From positions 30,001 to 62,000 of the forward strand of contig CP072208.2 of assembly GCA_015257795.3 (NCBI GenBank): 32,000 nt of DNA, in the 5' to 3' direction. This DNA is from Candidatus Nanogingivalaceae bacterium. GTDB taxonomy: Bacteria > Patescibacteriota > Saccharimonadia > Saccharimonadales > Saccharimonadaceae. Position 1 is the first letter of the stretch; every line of letters begins with the position of its first letter. Shown piece by piece: positions 7,917 through 15,490 of the stretch. The position numbers and the translations under genes are program-made. The notes under the pieces were generated by a model, which was not told where the DNA came from, did no database searches, and saw only the letters and a list, made by a program, of their open reading frames with translations.

Positions 7917-9149
7917 ATGAGTCCGAGAGTTTTAAAAACGAATATCGAAAATGCGATAGAATCGCTCCATGCAAATCGTTTGAGAACTTTCTTGACGATG
8001 CTTGGCGTGATGATTGGTATCGCCAGCGTTGTGGTTATCTTTTCACTTTCTGGCGGTGTGGGCTCAATGATTTCAAATCAAATTGTTGCTGAAGGTGGGG
8101 CGTTGGCAGTTGTTCGTCCAAAAGAATTGACGGCAAATGATAAAAATGTAATCACAAGCCTAGCAACTTCGAAGAGCTTTACGCAAAGTTCAATCACGAA
8201 CGAAGACCTTGGTATGATTTCGAAGATTAAAGAAGTATCGGCGGTTGCTCCACTTGCAAATTTTTCGGCAAAAGTTAGAGGGGATGGCGAAGAAAAATAC
8301 GCAAACCTACTCGCAACAAGTCCAAATCTTGATCAAACAGTGAGTCTTAAAGTTCGCGAAGGCCAATTTATAGCGGATAGCGCAAATGCAAATACGGTCG
8401 TTCTTGGTAATCAGATGGCGATTGATTTATTTGGAACAACTCAAGCGGTTGGTAAAGAAATTGCAATGAAGGGTGAAAAATTTATCGTTATCGGTGTTCT
8501 AACGCATCAAAGCTCTTCAATTAACTTTAGTAATGTTGATTTTAATAATACTGCAATCATTCCTTATGAAACTGCGAAACGAATTATCGGTGATAATTTG
8601 CAGATTCAACAAGTAAACATTCATGCAAAAAGCATTAATAGCCTAGGAGCAATTCAAAAACAAATTGAAAGCGATCTTTTGAAAAAACACAATGGTGAAC
8701 GCGATTTTGAAGTTCTTACAGGTAAAAATATTTCACATCCATCAGATAAATTCATCGAACTTTCAACATTAATTTTGGCGATTGTTGCTAGTGTTTCATT
8801 GGTTGTTGGCGGAATTGGGATTATGAATATTATGCTAGTAAATGTTAGCGAACGAACACGGGAAATCGGAATTCGAAAAGCGCTTGGCGCGAATAATCGA
8901 CACATTCTATTCCAATTCTTAACTGAGTCGATGATTATTTCGCTTGGTGGAGGATTGTTTGGATACTTGATTGGCTATGCATTCTCATTTGGTGTAAGTA
9001 TGTTCTTGCCGTTTAGCCCAATTATCTCTTGGCAAATTGCACTTTTGGTTTGTGGACTTTCGACAGTTGTTGGTGTGATCTTTGGTCTATACCCTGCCTT
9101 CCGCGCAGCCCGAAAAGACCCAATTGTAAGTTTGCGTCAATACTCTTAA
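7917..9149 (+). CDS. ABC transporter permease, MacB-type (periplasmic domain plus FtsX domain)
   Basis: 410 aa. N-terminal TM, large extracytoplasmic domain, and a C-terminal FtsX-like 3-TM bundle with the ERTREIGIRKALGA motif. Starts 1 nt after the ATPase stop. Confidence 0.88.
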   Translation: MSPRVLKTNIENAIESLHANRLRTFLTMLGVMIGIASVVVIFSLSGGVGSMISNQIVAEGGALAVVRPKELTANDKNVITSLATSKSFTQSSITNEDLGMISKIKEVSAVAPLANFSAKVRGDGEEKYANLLATSPNLDQTVSLKVREGQFIADSANANTVVLGNQMAIDLFGTTQAVGKEIAMKGEKFIVIGVLTHQSSSINFSNVDFNNTAIIPYETAKRIIGDNLQIQQVNIHAKSINSLGAIQKQIESDLLKKHNGERDFEVLTGKNISHPSDKFIELSTLILAIVASVSLVVGGIGIMNIMLVNVSERTREIGIRKALGANNRHILFQFLTESMIISLGGGLFGYLIGYAFSFGVSMFLPFSPIISWQIALLVCGLSTVVGVIFGLYPAFRAARKDPIVSLRQYS

Positions 9150-9170
9150 TTACTTAATAATAAATAAAAA

Positions 9171-9193
9171 GGTCGCTTCGAGTGCGACCTTTT
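9171..9193. terminator. bidirectional intrinsic terminator
   Basis: GGTCGC-TTCGAGT-GCGACC hairpin flanked by AAAAA and TTTT. Lies between the convergent permease and pilin genes. Confidence 0.65.
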
Positions 9194-9207
9194 AAGTTTC
9201 GATAAAT

Positions 9208-9678
9208 TTAAACGTTTGTTGGTGGAACACCATTCACGCCATTTGGATTGCTTCCTCCACCGAAACCAGTTCCGGTACCTGTGAATAATCCAATAATGAA
9301 GTTAATAATTGCATACGCAAGAAGTGCGATAATTAAACCAACGATTGCGTAAAGGATGGTATTTTTTGCAGCATCAACTTTTTTCGAATCTCCGTTTGAG
9401 AGAATGTAGCGAAGACCGCCATAGATTAGCATAACAACGCTAAGAATTCCTACCGCGAAAAGCATCATGTTGATCATTTGGGTGAAAATTCCAGTATTTC
9501 CGTCACCGAAAAGGGTTGTTGGAACACCTACGCCACGACCCCTGTCTGCTCCGCCTTGAACTCCACTGTTAAAAATAGTGCTAGTCGCAAAAGAATTAAG
9601 CGTTAGAAAAGTTGCCGGAAAAGCCGAAGCTATAAAACCGCTAATTGAGATTTTCGAAACTTGTTTTAAATTCTTCAT
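9208..9678 (-). CDS. VirB2/TrbC-like (type IV secretion-type) pilin
   Basis: Signal-like N-terminus. Two TM helices (MINMMLFAVGILSVVMLIYGGLRYILS and ILYAIVGLIIALLAYAIINFIIGLF) joined by the short charged loop NGDSKKVDAAKNT. Gly-rich tail. This topology matches T4SS pilins common in CPR genomes. Start taken at ATG 9678 because the upstream ATG (9687) abuts the -10 box. Confidence 0.55.
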   Translation of the reverse strand: MKNLKQVSKISISGFIASAFPATFLTLNSFATSTIFNSGVQGGADRGRGVGVPTTLFGDGNTGIFTQMINMMLFAVGILSVVMLIYGGLRYILSNGDSKKVDAAKNTILYAIVGLIIALLAYAIINFIIGLFTGTGTGFGGGSNPNGVNGVPPTNV

Positions 9679-9687
9679 AATAGGCAT

Positions 9688-9716
9688 ATTATATCAAAAA
9701 AATGGTTTTTTGTCAA
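9688..9716 (-). promoter_or_regulatory. pilin promoter (leaderless configuration)
   Basis: Minus sense: TTGACA (9716-9711), 17 nt, TATAAT (9693-9688), then 9 nt to ATG 9678. Confidence 0.55.
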
Positions 9717-9721
9717 TGCTC

Positions 9722-9750
9722 TTGTGTTTTTTATAAAAATTTGTTAAAAT
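9722..9750 (+). promoter_or_regulatory. promoter of tRNA-Ser(GCU)
   Basis: TTGTGT (9722-9727), 17 nt, TGtTAAAAT (-10 at 9745-9750), 10 nt before the tRNA 5' end. Confidence 0.45.
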
Positions 9751-9760
9751 GGAAAGTACT

Positions 9761-9853
9761 GGAGGATTACCCAAGTGGCTGAAGGGGACGGTTTGCTAAA
9801 TCGTTAGTCTGGGGAGACCTGGAGCGGGAGTTCGAATCTCCCATCCTCCGCCA
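9761..9853 (+). tRNA. tRNA-Ser(GCU), class II, CCA encoded
   Basis: GGAGGATTACCCAAGTGGCTGAAGGGGACGGTTTGCTAAATCGTTAGTCTGGGGAGACCTGGAGCGGGAGTTCGAATCTCCCATCCTCCGCCA. Anticodon stem ACGGT/ATCGT, loop TTGCTAA. Long variable arm. Confidence 0.93.
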
Positions 9854-9862
9854 AATAAAAAA

Positions 9863-9885
9863 CTCATCGCAAGATGAGCTTTTTA
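9863..9885. terminator. bidirectional intrinsic terminator (tRNA-Ser / pnp)
   Basis: CTCATC-GCAA-GATGAG hairpin flanked by AAAAAA and CTTTTTATTTT. Confidence 0.6.
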
Positions 9886-9903
9886 TTTTGTAGTGTTTTG
9901 GCT

Positions 9904-12030
9904 TTATTGCTTGACACCTTTCATTGTAAGATTCAACCTTCCCTTTTCGTCAATTTTATCTAGTTTTACCCAAATTTCTTGATCTTGGCTTAAAACATCC
10001 GTAACTTTTTCGGTTCGCTTTTCAGACATTTGTGAAATGTGAAGCATGCCATCAATTCCAGGAAGAATATTTACGAAAGCACCAAAGTCTTTAATTGAAA
10101 CAACTTTTCCGCGATAGATTTTGCCAACTTCAGGCTCTTCAACCAATGATTTAATCCAGTTCAGTGCTTTTTCAATCTGTTCAGCATTCGAGCTTGCGAT
10201 TGTAATCAAGCCGTCTTCCTTGATATCAACTTCAGCACCAGTTTCAGATGTAATCTTATTGATTGTTTCACCACCCTTACCAATGATTGCACCAATTTTT
10301 TCAGGGTTAATTTTAATCTTTTCAATCCGTGGTGCATATGGTGAAAGGTCTTTTTTAGGCTCAGAAATTACACTTAACATGTGGCGCAAAATATGCTCGC
10401 GACCTTTTCGTGAAGTTAAGATTGCTTTTTCAAGAACAGAAACTGGCAAACCATGAACTTTCATATCCATTTGGAGCGCTGTAATTCCGTTTTTCGAACC
10501 TGTACATTTGAAGTCCATATCGCCAGCAAAGTCTTCGGCGTCGGCGATATCGCTTAGAATGTAAGGTGTTTCACCATCCATCATTAATCCCATTGCGATT
10601 CCTGAAACGGGATTTTTCAAAGGTACGCCGGCGCTCATTAAAGCCATACAACTTGAACAAGTTGCTGCCATTGAAGTTGAACCATTTTGGCTCATAATTT
10701 CAGTCACGCTACGGATTGCATAAGGAAAATCTTCAACACTCGGTAAAACTGCTTCCAAAGCTCGTTGCGCCAAATAACCGTGGCCAATTTCACGCCGACC
10801 AGGGCTTCCTAGGCGTCGAGGTTCACCAACAGTATATCCGGGTGCATTGTAGTGGTGCATATATCGGCGTTCAATTTCGTTGAACTCCATTGTGTCAACC
10901 AATTGCGAATATGAAAGTGGTGCAAGAGTTACGATATTCATTGCTTGAGTCACGCCACGAGTGAAGAGGCTCGAACCGTGTGCTCGTGGCAAGAAGTCGA
11001 TTTCACTCGAAAGTGGTCGAATTTCATCTAACTCACGACCATCTGGTCGCTCGCCGTCTTCAATAATCCCCTTTCGAACTGCTTTATGAACCGCCAAAGT
11101 GAATGCTTCATCATATTCTTTTCGAATTTCTTCATACGCTTCTTCACCGAATTTTTCAAGCATTTCTGCGTGGAACTTCTCGCGAATCTCGGCAATATTT
11201 TGATTATACTTTGGATAAGCCTCACGAATTTTCGAATCGAATTTTCCGTCTGTCCACTCTTCCACTTCTTTTAAAATTTCTTCATTAGGCAAAACTAATT
11301 CGAAAGCGCGCTCCTCAAAATAACCTGCTTCGATATATTTTGCGCGTAATTCATTTTGGAGTTTAATTGCTGGTTGGAAATTTTCGTAAGCCCAAGCTAG
11401 CCCTGCGATAATTTCTTCTTCAGGAACTTCGTTTGCTCCAGCTTCAACCATTGTGATGCCGCTTTCGATTCCGGCAACAACCAAATCGAGCGGAGATTTT
11501 TCGCGTTCTTCAGGATTTAAGAAAGCTTTAAATTCTCCGTTAATTTTACCAATCCGAAGACCAGCAACTGGGCCATCAAACGGAACTCCAGCAAGATGCA
11601 ACGCGCTCGAAGCTGCAATCATCGCAATCATATCTGGTCGAAATTCTGGATCGGCTGAAAGAACAGTTGTGACAACTTGAACTTCTTCGCGATAACCTTT
11701 TGGAAACAAAGGCCGAATTGGGCGATCGATTAACCGACCAATCAAAACGGCGTCATCGCTTGGGCGACCTTCGCGCTTAATAAATCTTGAGCCAGAAATT
11801 CGTCCGCTCGCGTACCACTTCTCTTCGTAATCAATTGAAAGTGGGAAATAATCTAGCGCCACTGGTTTAGAGCCTAATTGAACGGTTCCCAAAACAACAG
11901 CTTCGCCGTATTTTACGATAACGCTTGAAGTTGAACGAAAGCCAACTTTGCCAACTTCTAGTGTTAATTTTCGACCCAAGAAATCAGTACTAACCGAAAT
12001 TAATTTCTTCCCGGTTGGATTTATGATCAT
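9904..12030 (-). CDS. pnp: polyribonucleotide nucleotidyltransferase (PNPase)
   Basis: Two RNase PH domains, KH (IGKGGETINKI) and S1 (GKVVSIKDFGAFVNILPGIDGMLHISQ). Start taken at ATG 12030 (MIINPTGKK...) with AGGAG 5 nt upstream. The track's extra 23 codons belong to the leader. Confidence 0.93.
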   Translation of the reverse strand: MIINPTGKKLISVSTDFLGRKLTLEVGKVGFRSTSSVIVKYGEAVVLGTVQLGSKPVALDYFPLSIDYEEKWYASGRISGSRFIKREGRPSDDAVLIGRLIDRPIRPLFPKGYREEVQVVTTVLSADPEFRPDMIAMIAASSALHLAGVPFDGPVAGLRIGKINGEFKAFLNPEEREKSPLDLVVAGIESGITMVEAGANEVPEEEIIAGLAWAYENFQPAIKLQNELRAKYIEAGYFEERAFELVLPNEEILKEVEEWTDGKFDSKIREAYPKYNQNIAEIREKFHAEMLEKFGEEAYEEIRKEYDEAFTLAVHKAVRKGIIEDGERPDGRELDEIRPLSSEIDFLPRAHGSSLFTRGVTQAMNIVTLAPLSYSQLVDTMEFNEIERRYMHHYNAPGYTVGEPRRLGSPGRREIGHGYLAQRALEAVLPSVEDFPYAIRSVTEIMSQNGSTSMAATCSSCMALMSAGVPLKNPVSGIAMGLMMDGETPYILSDIADAEDFAGDMDFKCTGSKNGITALQMDMKVHGLPVSVLEKAILTSRKGREHILRHMLSVISEPKKDLSPYAPRIEKIKINPEKIGAIIGKGGETINKITSETGAEVDIKEDGLITIASSNAEQIEKALNWIKSLVEEPEVGKIYRGKVVSIKDFGAFVNILPGIDGMLHISQMSEKRTEKVTDVLSQDQEIWVKLDKIDEKGRLNLTMKGVKQ

Positions 12031-12132
12031 ATCTTCTCCTTCTGCCAAATGAGTTGCAGGAATCTTCTTCGAAAAGCTTTCGAAAATAATTTCTACCACA
12101 CATTTGGCGTTAATTTTACCCTTTTATTATAG
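12025..12132 (-). repeat. promoter/leader cassette copy A (upstream of pnp)
   Basis: 108 nt with 5 mismatches to 12614-12721. Holds TATAAT (12131-12126; the -35 TTGCTA lies at 12154-12149). Leader stem GCCAAATG (12108-12101) pairs with CATTTGGC (12051-12044). Also contains an inner TTCGAAA/TTTCGAA hairpin, AGGAG and the ATG. Confidence 0.85.
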
Positions 12133-12259
12133 CATTTTCGAGTAAATTTAGCAAAATATATTGATTGATTTTATTGGAAATTAACCCAAGTTTTAGACTC
12201 TGAATATTATAATGGAAGGTATAAAGAATTTGTCTATAATGGAAAAATTTTATAGCAAC

Positions 12260-12285
12260 AAAGATCCCCGAATTGGGGGGTCTTT
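12260..12285 (-). terminator. intrinsic terminator after the ASCH gene
   Basis: AAAGATCCCC / GGGGGTCTTT 10-bp stem (one G-U). In minus sense it is followed by TTTGTTG. Confidence 0.6.
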
Positions 12286-12289
12286 AATT

Positions 12290-12619
12290 TTATAATTCTA
12301 CTCTAATTCCTAGAACACTAAACTTTTCTTGTTTTTCTGGTGTATAAAATTCACTAAGAACACCTAGAAGTTCTTCTTTTGCCATTGTTCTTTCGGCGAG
12401 AATTTCAATTCCGAAATCATTGAAAAGAGTTTTAAAGTCCTGATACTTTAATAATCCAATAACTTTTGCTGTAAATTTATCTTTTTTATTGCTAAACTCA
12501 ATTGAATCGCCGATTTTTATTTGTTGTCGCTTCTCATCATTTAATCTTAATTCAATTCTTTTTGTTCCATTTTTAATAAAGTCAAAATATTTATCTTGTA
12601 AGTTCATTTTATGGATCAT
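12290..12619 (-). CDS. ASCH-domain (PUA-like, predicted RNA-binding) protein
   Basis: 109 aa from ATG 12619 (MIHKMNLQDKYFDFIKNGTKRIELRLNDEKRQQIKIGDSIEF...). This is the ASCH pattern YFdxIxxGxKxxExRlxDxKrxxixxGD. AGGAG 5 nt upstream. Confidence 0.7.
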   Translation of the reverse strand: MIHKMNLQDKYFDFIKNGTKRIELRLNDEKRQQIKIGDSIEFSNKKDKFTAKVIGLLKYQDFKTLFNDFGIEILAERTMAKEELLGVLSEFYTPEKQEKFSVLGIRVEL

Positions 12620-12721
12620 ATCTTCTCCTTCTGCCAAATGAGTTGCAGGAATTCTCCTCGAAAATCTTTCGAAAATAATTTCTACCACACATTTGGCGTT
12701 AATTTTACTCTTTTATTATAG
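12614..12721 (-). repeat. promoter/leader cassette copy B (upstream of the ASCH gene)
   Basis: Offset +589 from copy A. TATAAT (12720-12715; the -35 TTGCGA lies at 12743-12738). Stem arms at 12697-12690 and 12640-12633. Same SD and ATG ATC start. Confidence 0.85.
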
Positions 12722-12745
12722 TATTTTTAGCTAAAAATCGCAAAA

Positions 12746-12773
12746 TTAAATAGCCCTTGATTGGGCTATTTAA
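12746..12773 (-). terminator. hairpin/terminator after the Spherulin-4-like gene
   Basis: TTAAATAGCCC-TTGATT-GGGCTATTTAA 11-bp stem immediately after the stop codon. Confidence 0.5.
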
Positions 12774-13907
12774 TTAAATTTTGTGTCGAATAATCCAAGT
12801 TAAGATTATTGGTAATGCTGCAATTCCAGCGGCAATTAAAATTGAGAAATCTTTAGTGCTTTTACGTGAACCAGTGTTTGGTGCCTCAACCTTTGAATCT
12901 GTCTTTTTAGCTTCGGCATTATTTGGATTCTTAGGTGTTTTTGGATCTTTTGGATCAGCTGGTTTAGCTGGCTCTACTGGTTTGTTTTCACTTGGTTGCG
13001 TTGGTTTATTCTCTGGGTCTTTCTTGTTTTTAACTTTTAGGTTAAATACATCTTCGCATCCTTCTGGCAATTCCACAGGAGTACCAACTTCAGGTTGAGT
13101 TGCTGGTAGATTCATTGATTCGATAAGTTTATCGAAATTATCTGAAGGATCTCGGTAATAATTTGAAGTTTTTGATGTAAAGTAAATGAATCCTGCATTT
13201 CGTTCGCGGCTTAGCTCTAGAACTTTTTGTTGCTCTGCTTCTGAACGAATTCCATAAACGATGTGATAAATCTTTTTCGAATTTTTGCTATCTTTTTCGA
13301 AATTAGAAATATTTTTCCAGCGGTTAGAATCTTTGTCTAGATATTTTTCAACATCTGTTTCAGCAGTTGTAAAGATATCTGCGTATTTTCCGATTTCTTC
13401 ATCTTGAAGGTAAATTCCAGGGTTTTGAATAACTAGAGTTCCAGGATATTTTACCTTAATATAGTTGTAAGTGTTTGCAACGTAACAACGTTGAGCGGGT
13501 GTACCAGAAGCCATCTCATCGATAAAGATCGCTTTTGTGTCCGGTGCGATTTTAAACCAAGTATCGATGTCTTTTGCGAGCTCTTTAATGTCACGATTTT
13601 GATAAGTTTGGGCAACATATCCAACCTTATTAAAACCACGGTTGCTTAATTCTGTCATCGCTTTTTGATAAGATGCATCTAGCGGATCAGCTGGTCCGTT
13701 ATTGGGGTTGACAATCGTGTATGGAATTTTTGTGCTTCCGTGTTTATAGATTGCTTCCCATAGCGGTGCATTTTTGCTAGGGTATTTATACATCGGTATG
13801 ATTATGGATTGAGTTGATGTTGCAGCAGAAGCTTTTAGCCCAAAGAGCACGCTCAAACCAACAATCCCTAAAATTGATGTTAGTATTGCTATTTTATTTT
13901 TGTTCAT
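12774..13907 (-). CDS. secreted Spherulin-4 family (GH135/Sph3-like) protein with Pro-rich linker and APNTG sorting-signal-like tail
   Basis: Signal peptide (ILTSILGIVGLSVLFGLKASA). IIIPMYKYPSKNAPLWEAI...YTIVNPNNGPADPLDASYQKAM...GFNKVGYVAQTYQNRD matches the Spherulin-4 pattern. P/K-rich linker, then APNTG, a TM segment and an RHKI tail. AGGAGG SD. Confidence 0.7.
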   Translation of the reverse strand: MNKNKIAILTSILGIVGLSVLFGLKASAATSTQSIIIPMYKYPSKNAPLWEAIYKHGSTKIPYTIVNPNNGPADPLDASYQKAMTELSNRGFNKVGYVAQTYQNRDIKELAKDIDTWFKIAPDTKAIFIDEMASGTPAQRCYVANTYNYIKVKYPGTLVIQNPGIYLQDEEIGKYADIFTTAETDVEKYLDKDSNRWKNISNFEKDSKNSKKIYHIVYGIRSEAEQQKVLELSRERNAGFIYFTSKTSNYYRDPSDNFDKLIESMNLPATQPEVGTPVELPEGCEDVFNLKVKNKKDPENKPTQPSENKPVEPAKPADPKDPKTPKNPNNAEAKKTDSKVEAPNTGSRKSTKDFSILIAAGIAALPIILTWIIRHKI

Positions 13908-13985
13908 TTTCTCCTCCTTAAAAAGAATAACATTCCGATTATAAAATATTTATAAATAAAAATCAATAGTAATTATGCTTATTTT

Positions 13986-14021
13986 TTGAAAAAACAAAAA
14001 AGCTTCGAAAATAACGAAGCT
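13986..14021 (-). terminator. intrinsic terminator after the ATP-grasp-like gene
   Basis: Minus sense: AGCTTCG-TTATTTT-CGAAGCT hairpin (14021-14001) followed by TTTTTTGTTTTTT. Confidence 0.65.
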
Positions 14022-14022
14022 T

Positions 14023-15036
14023 TTAAAGTGTTTGGCGATATTTATTTTCAACCAAGATTTTTATATCACATGCATATAACCCAGAATTCGAAAGCGGGTT
14101 TAATTCAACAATTCCCGGTTTACCGTTAATTATTGCTGCATCCAACACAAAATCTTTAGTTTTAAAAACCGGCGTAATTTCTTTAGCGGTTTTTCGAGCA
14201 AATTCAAGTAATTGATTTCGAATCTTAGGTTGAAATTTAACTTCGGTTTGATTGCGAATTTCTTGCAGTTGCGGATCAAACTTTTCAGTGTTTTGCAACC
14301 AAGTAAAATCTTCAATGTTACCAGCCGAAGTTAACACTTCCCCGTTCACACAAAAACAACGCATTTCATAACGAATATCTGCAAAATCTTGAATGAATAA
14401 ATCATTTTCGTGCCAGGCATTCATTATTCTTACCAGCATTTCGTGAGTTGGCTTTTGAGATAAATCAATTTCGAAAATTCCCGCTTTTGGATTTATCATA
14501 ATTTTAACCATTACTTTTTTATGGTTTTGGCCGAAAATTTCAAGCGTTTCTAGAAAATTTTCGCTATAACAATGAATGAAATCTCGATTAAAATATTTTT
14601 GAACTTGCGGCTTTAAATCGTATCGATTAACGTCATAGTTTGGATGTTTTTCGATTCCAAATCGGGGTAAGTTCAATTTCGAATAATCAAAATTTAAGAT
14701 TTTTCCGGTTTTATCAAATACAACCGTATCTTGTTTTGAGCCAAGATCATAAAAAACAAAAATTGGATTTTGCGCAACCTCGAGGCCAAATTTTATTCGG
14801 CCAATCATTTCTAGCCAAAGCTCGGTGTCTTGCTTTAAGTGAGTGTGTAAATTATTTACATAATTCAAAATGCTGTGCAAATCTTTTGGATTACAATTTT
14901 GTGTTTCCTGCTTGGGAAATTCAAATTTTTGGGCAAGTTTTTTGAACTCTGTTTTCAATGAATCCGGAACGCGCTTTTCGAAATCTTCGTTCGAAATTTC
15001 AAACACATAATTACTGATAATTAAATCGTAGGCCAT
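14023..15036 (-). CDS. ATP-grasp-fold protein (R2K-clade-like), function unknown
   Basis: 337 aa from ATG 15036 (MAYDLIISNY...) with GGAGG SD. C-terminal half has ATP-grasp-like strands LFIQDFADIRYEMRCFCVNGEVLTSAGN and DFVLDAAIINGKPGIVELNPLSNSGLY. Confidence 0.5.
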   Translation of the reverse strand: MAYDLIISNYVFEISNEDFEKRVPDSLKTEFKKLAQKFEFPKQETQNCNPKDLHSILNYVNNLHTHLKQDTELWLEMIGRIKFGLEVAQNPIFVFYDLGSKQDTVVFDKTGKILNFDYSKLNLPRFGIEKHPNYDVNRYDLKPQVQKYFNRDFIHCYSENFLETLEIFGQNHKKVMVKIMINPKAGIFEIDLSQKPTHEMLVRIMNAWHENDLFIQDFADIRYEMRCFCVNGEVLTSAGNIEDFTWLQNTEKFDPQLQEIRNQTEVKFQPKIRNQLLEFARKTAKEITPVFKTKDFVLDAAIINGKPGIVELNPLSNSGLYACDIKILVENKYRQTL

Positions 15037-15127
15037 TTTAATACCTCCAAAAAATAAAAAGTTCAACAAAAAGTCTAGTTTTAATTATAATATATTTTTA
15101 TCTTAAGTTAAACTGAAAATACACAAC

Positions 15128-15157
15128 AAAAAATCGCCCAGAATTTGAGCAATTTTT
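15128..15157 (-). terminator. terminator-family copy 2 (downstream of rpsO)
   Basis: Transcript sense: AAAAATTGCTC-AAATTCT-GGGCGATTTTTT. Confidence 0.5.
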
Positions 15158-15172
15158 GCAGTTTCGAAATTA

Positions 15173-15439
15173 TTATTTTCGAAGACCTAATTTAGCAACA
15201 ACAGCTTTGTAAGCTTCAAAATCTTTTCGTTCAAGATATTTTAGAAGTTTTTTACGGCGACCAACCATTTGCATCAAACCGCGACGAGCCATGAAGTCGT
15301 GCTTGTTTGATTGAAGGTGTTCCGTCACTTCTTTGATACGAGCCGTCAAGATTGACACTTGCGCCTGTGGCGAACCAACGTCATTCTTTGAAACCTGAGT
15401 CAAAGCGATTGCCTTCTCTTTATTCTCTTTAGTAATCAT
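15173..15439 (-). CDS. rpsO: 30S ribosomal protein S15
   Basis: 88 aa from ATG 15439 (MITKENKEKAI...GSPQAQVSILTARIKEVTEHLQSNKHDFMARRGLMQMVGRRKKLLKYL). Confidence 0.92.
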   Translation of the reverse strand: MITKENKEKAIALTQVSKNDVGSPQAQVSILTARIKEVTEHLQSNKHDFMARRGLMQMVGRRKKLLKYLERKDFEAYKAVVAKLGLRK

Positions 15440-15446
15440 CTTGAAT

Positions 15447-15475
15447 ATTTTAACAAATTTTTCTAGATAAGTCAA
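15447..15475 (-). promoter_or_regulatory. rpsO promoter (leaderless configuration)
   Basis: Minus sense: TTGACT (15475-15470), 17 nt, TAAAAT (15452-15447), then 7 nt to ATG 15439. Confidence 0.55.
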
Positions 15476-15490
15476 GAAAGTTTTATAATT

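Noticed and set aside
12031-12099. 23-codon N-terminal extension of pnp in the ORF track (MVEIIFESFSKKIPATHLAEGED...) starting at a GTG
   Set aside because: The same stretch recurs almost identically upstream of the unrelated ASCH gene. It contains the leader stems and the AGGAG SD placed 5 nt before an ATG that gives a normal PNPase N-terminus. The GTG lies only about 30 nt downstream of the -10 box and has no SD.
12620-12688. Equivalent extension of the ASCH gene (MVEIIFERFSRRIPATHLAEGED...)
   Set aside because: Same reasoning. It is the duplicated leader read through in frame.
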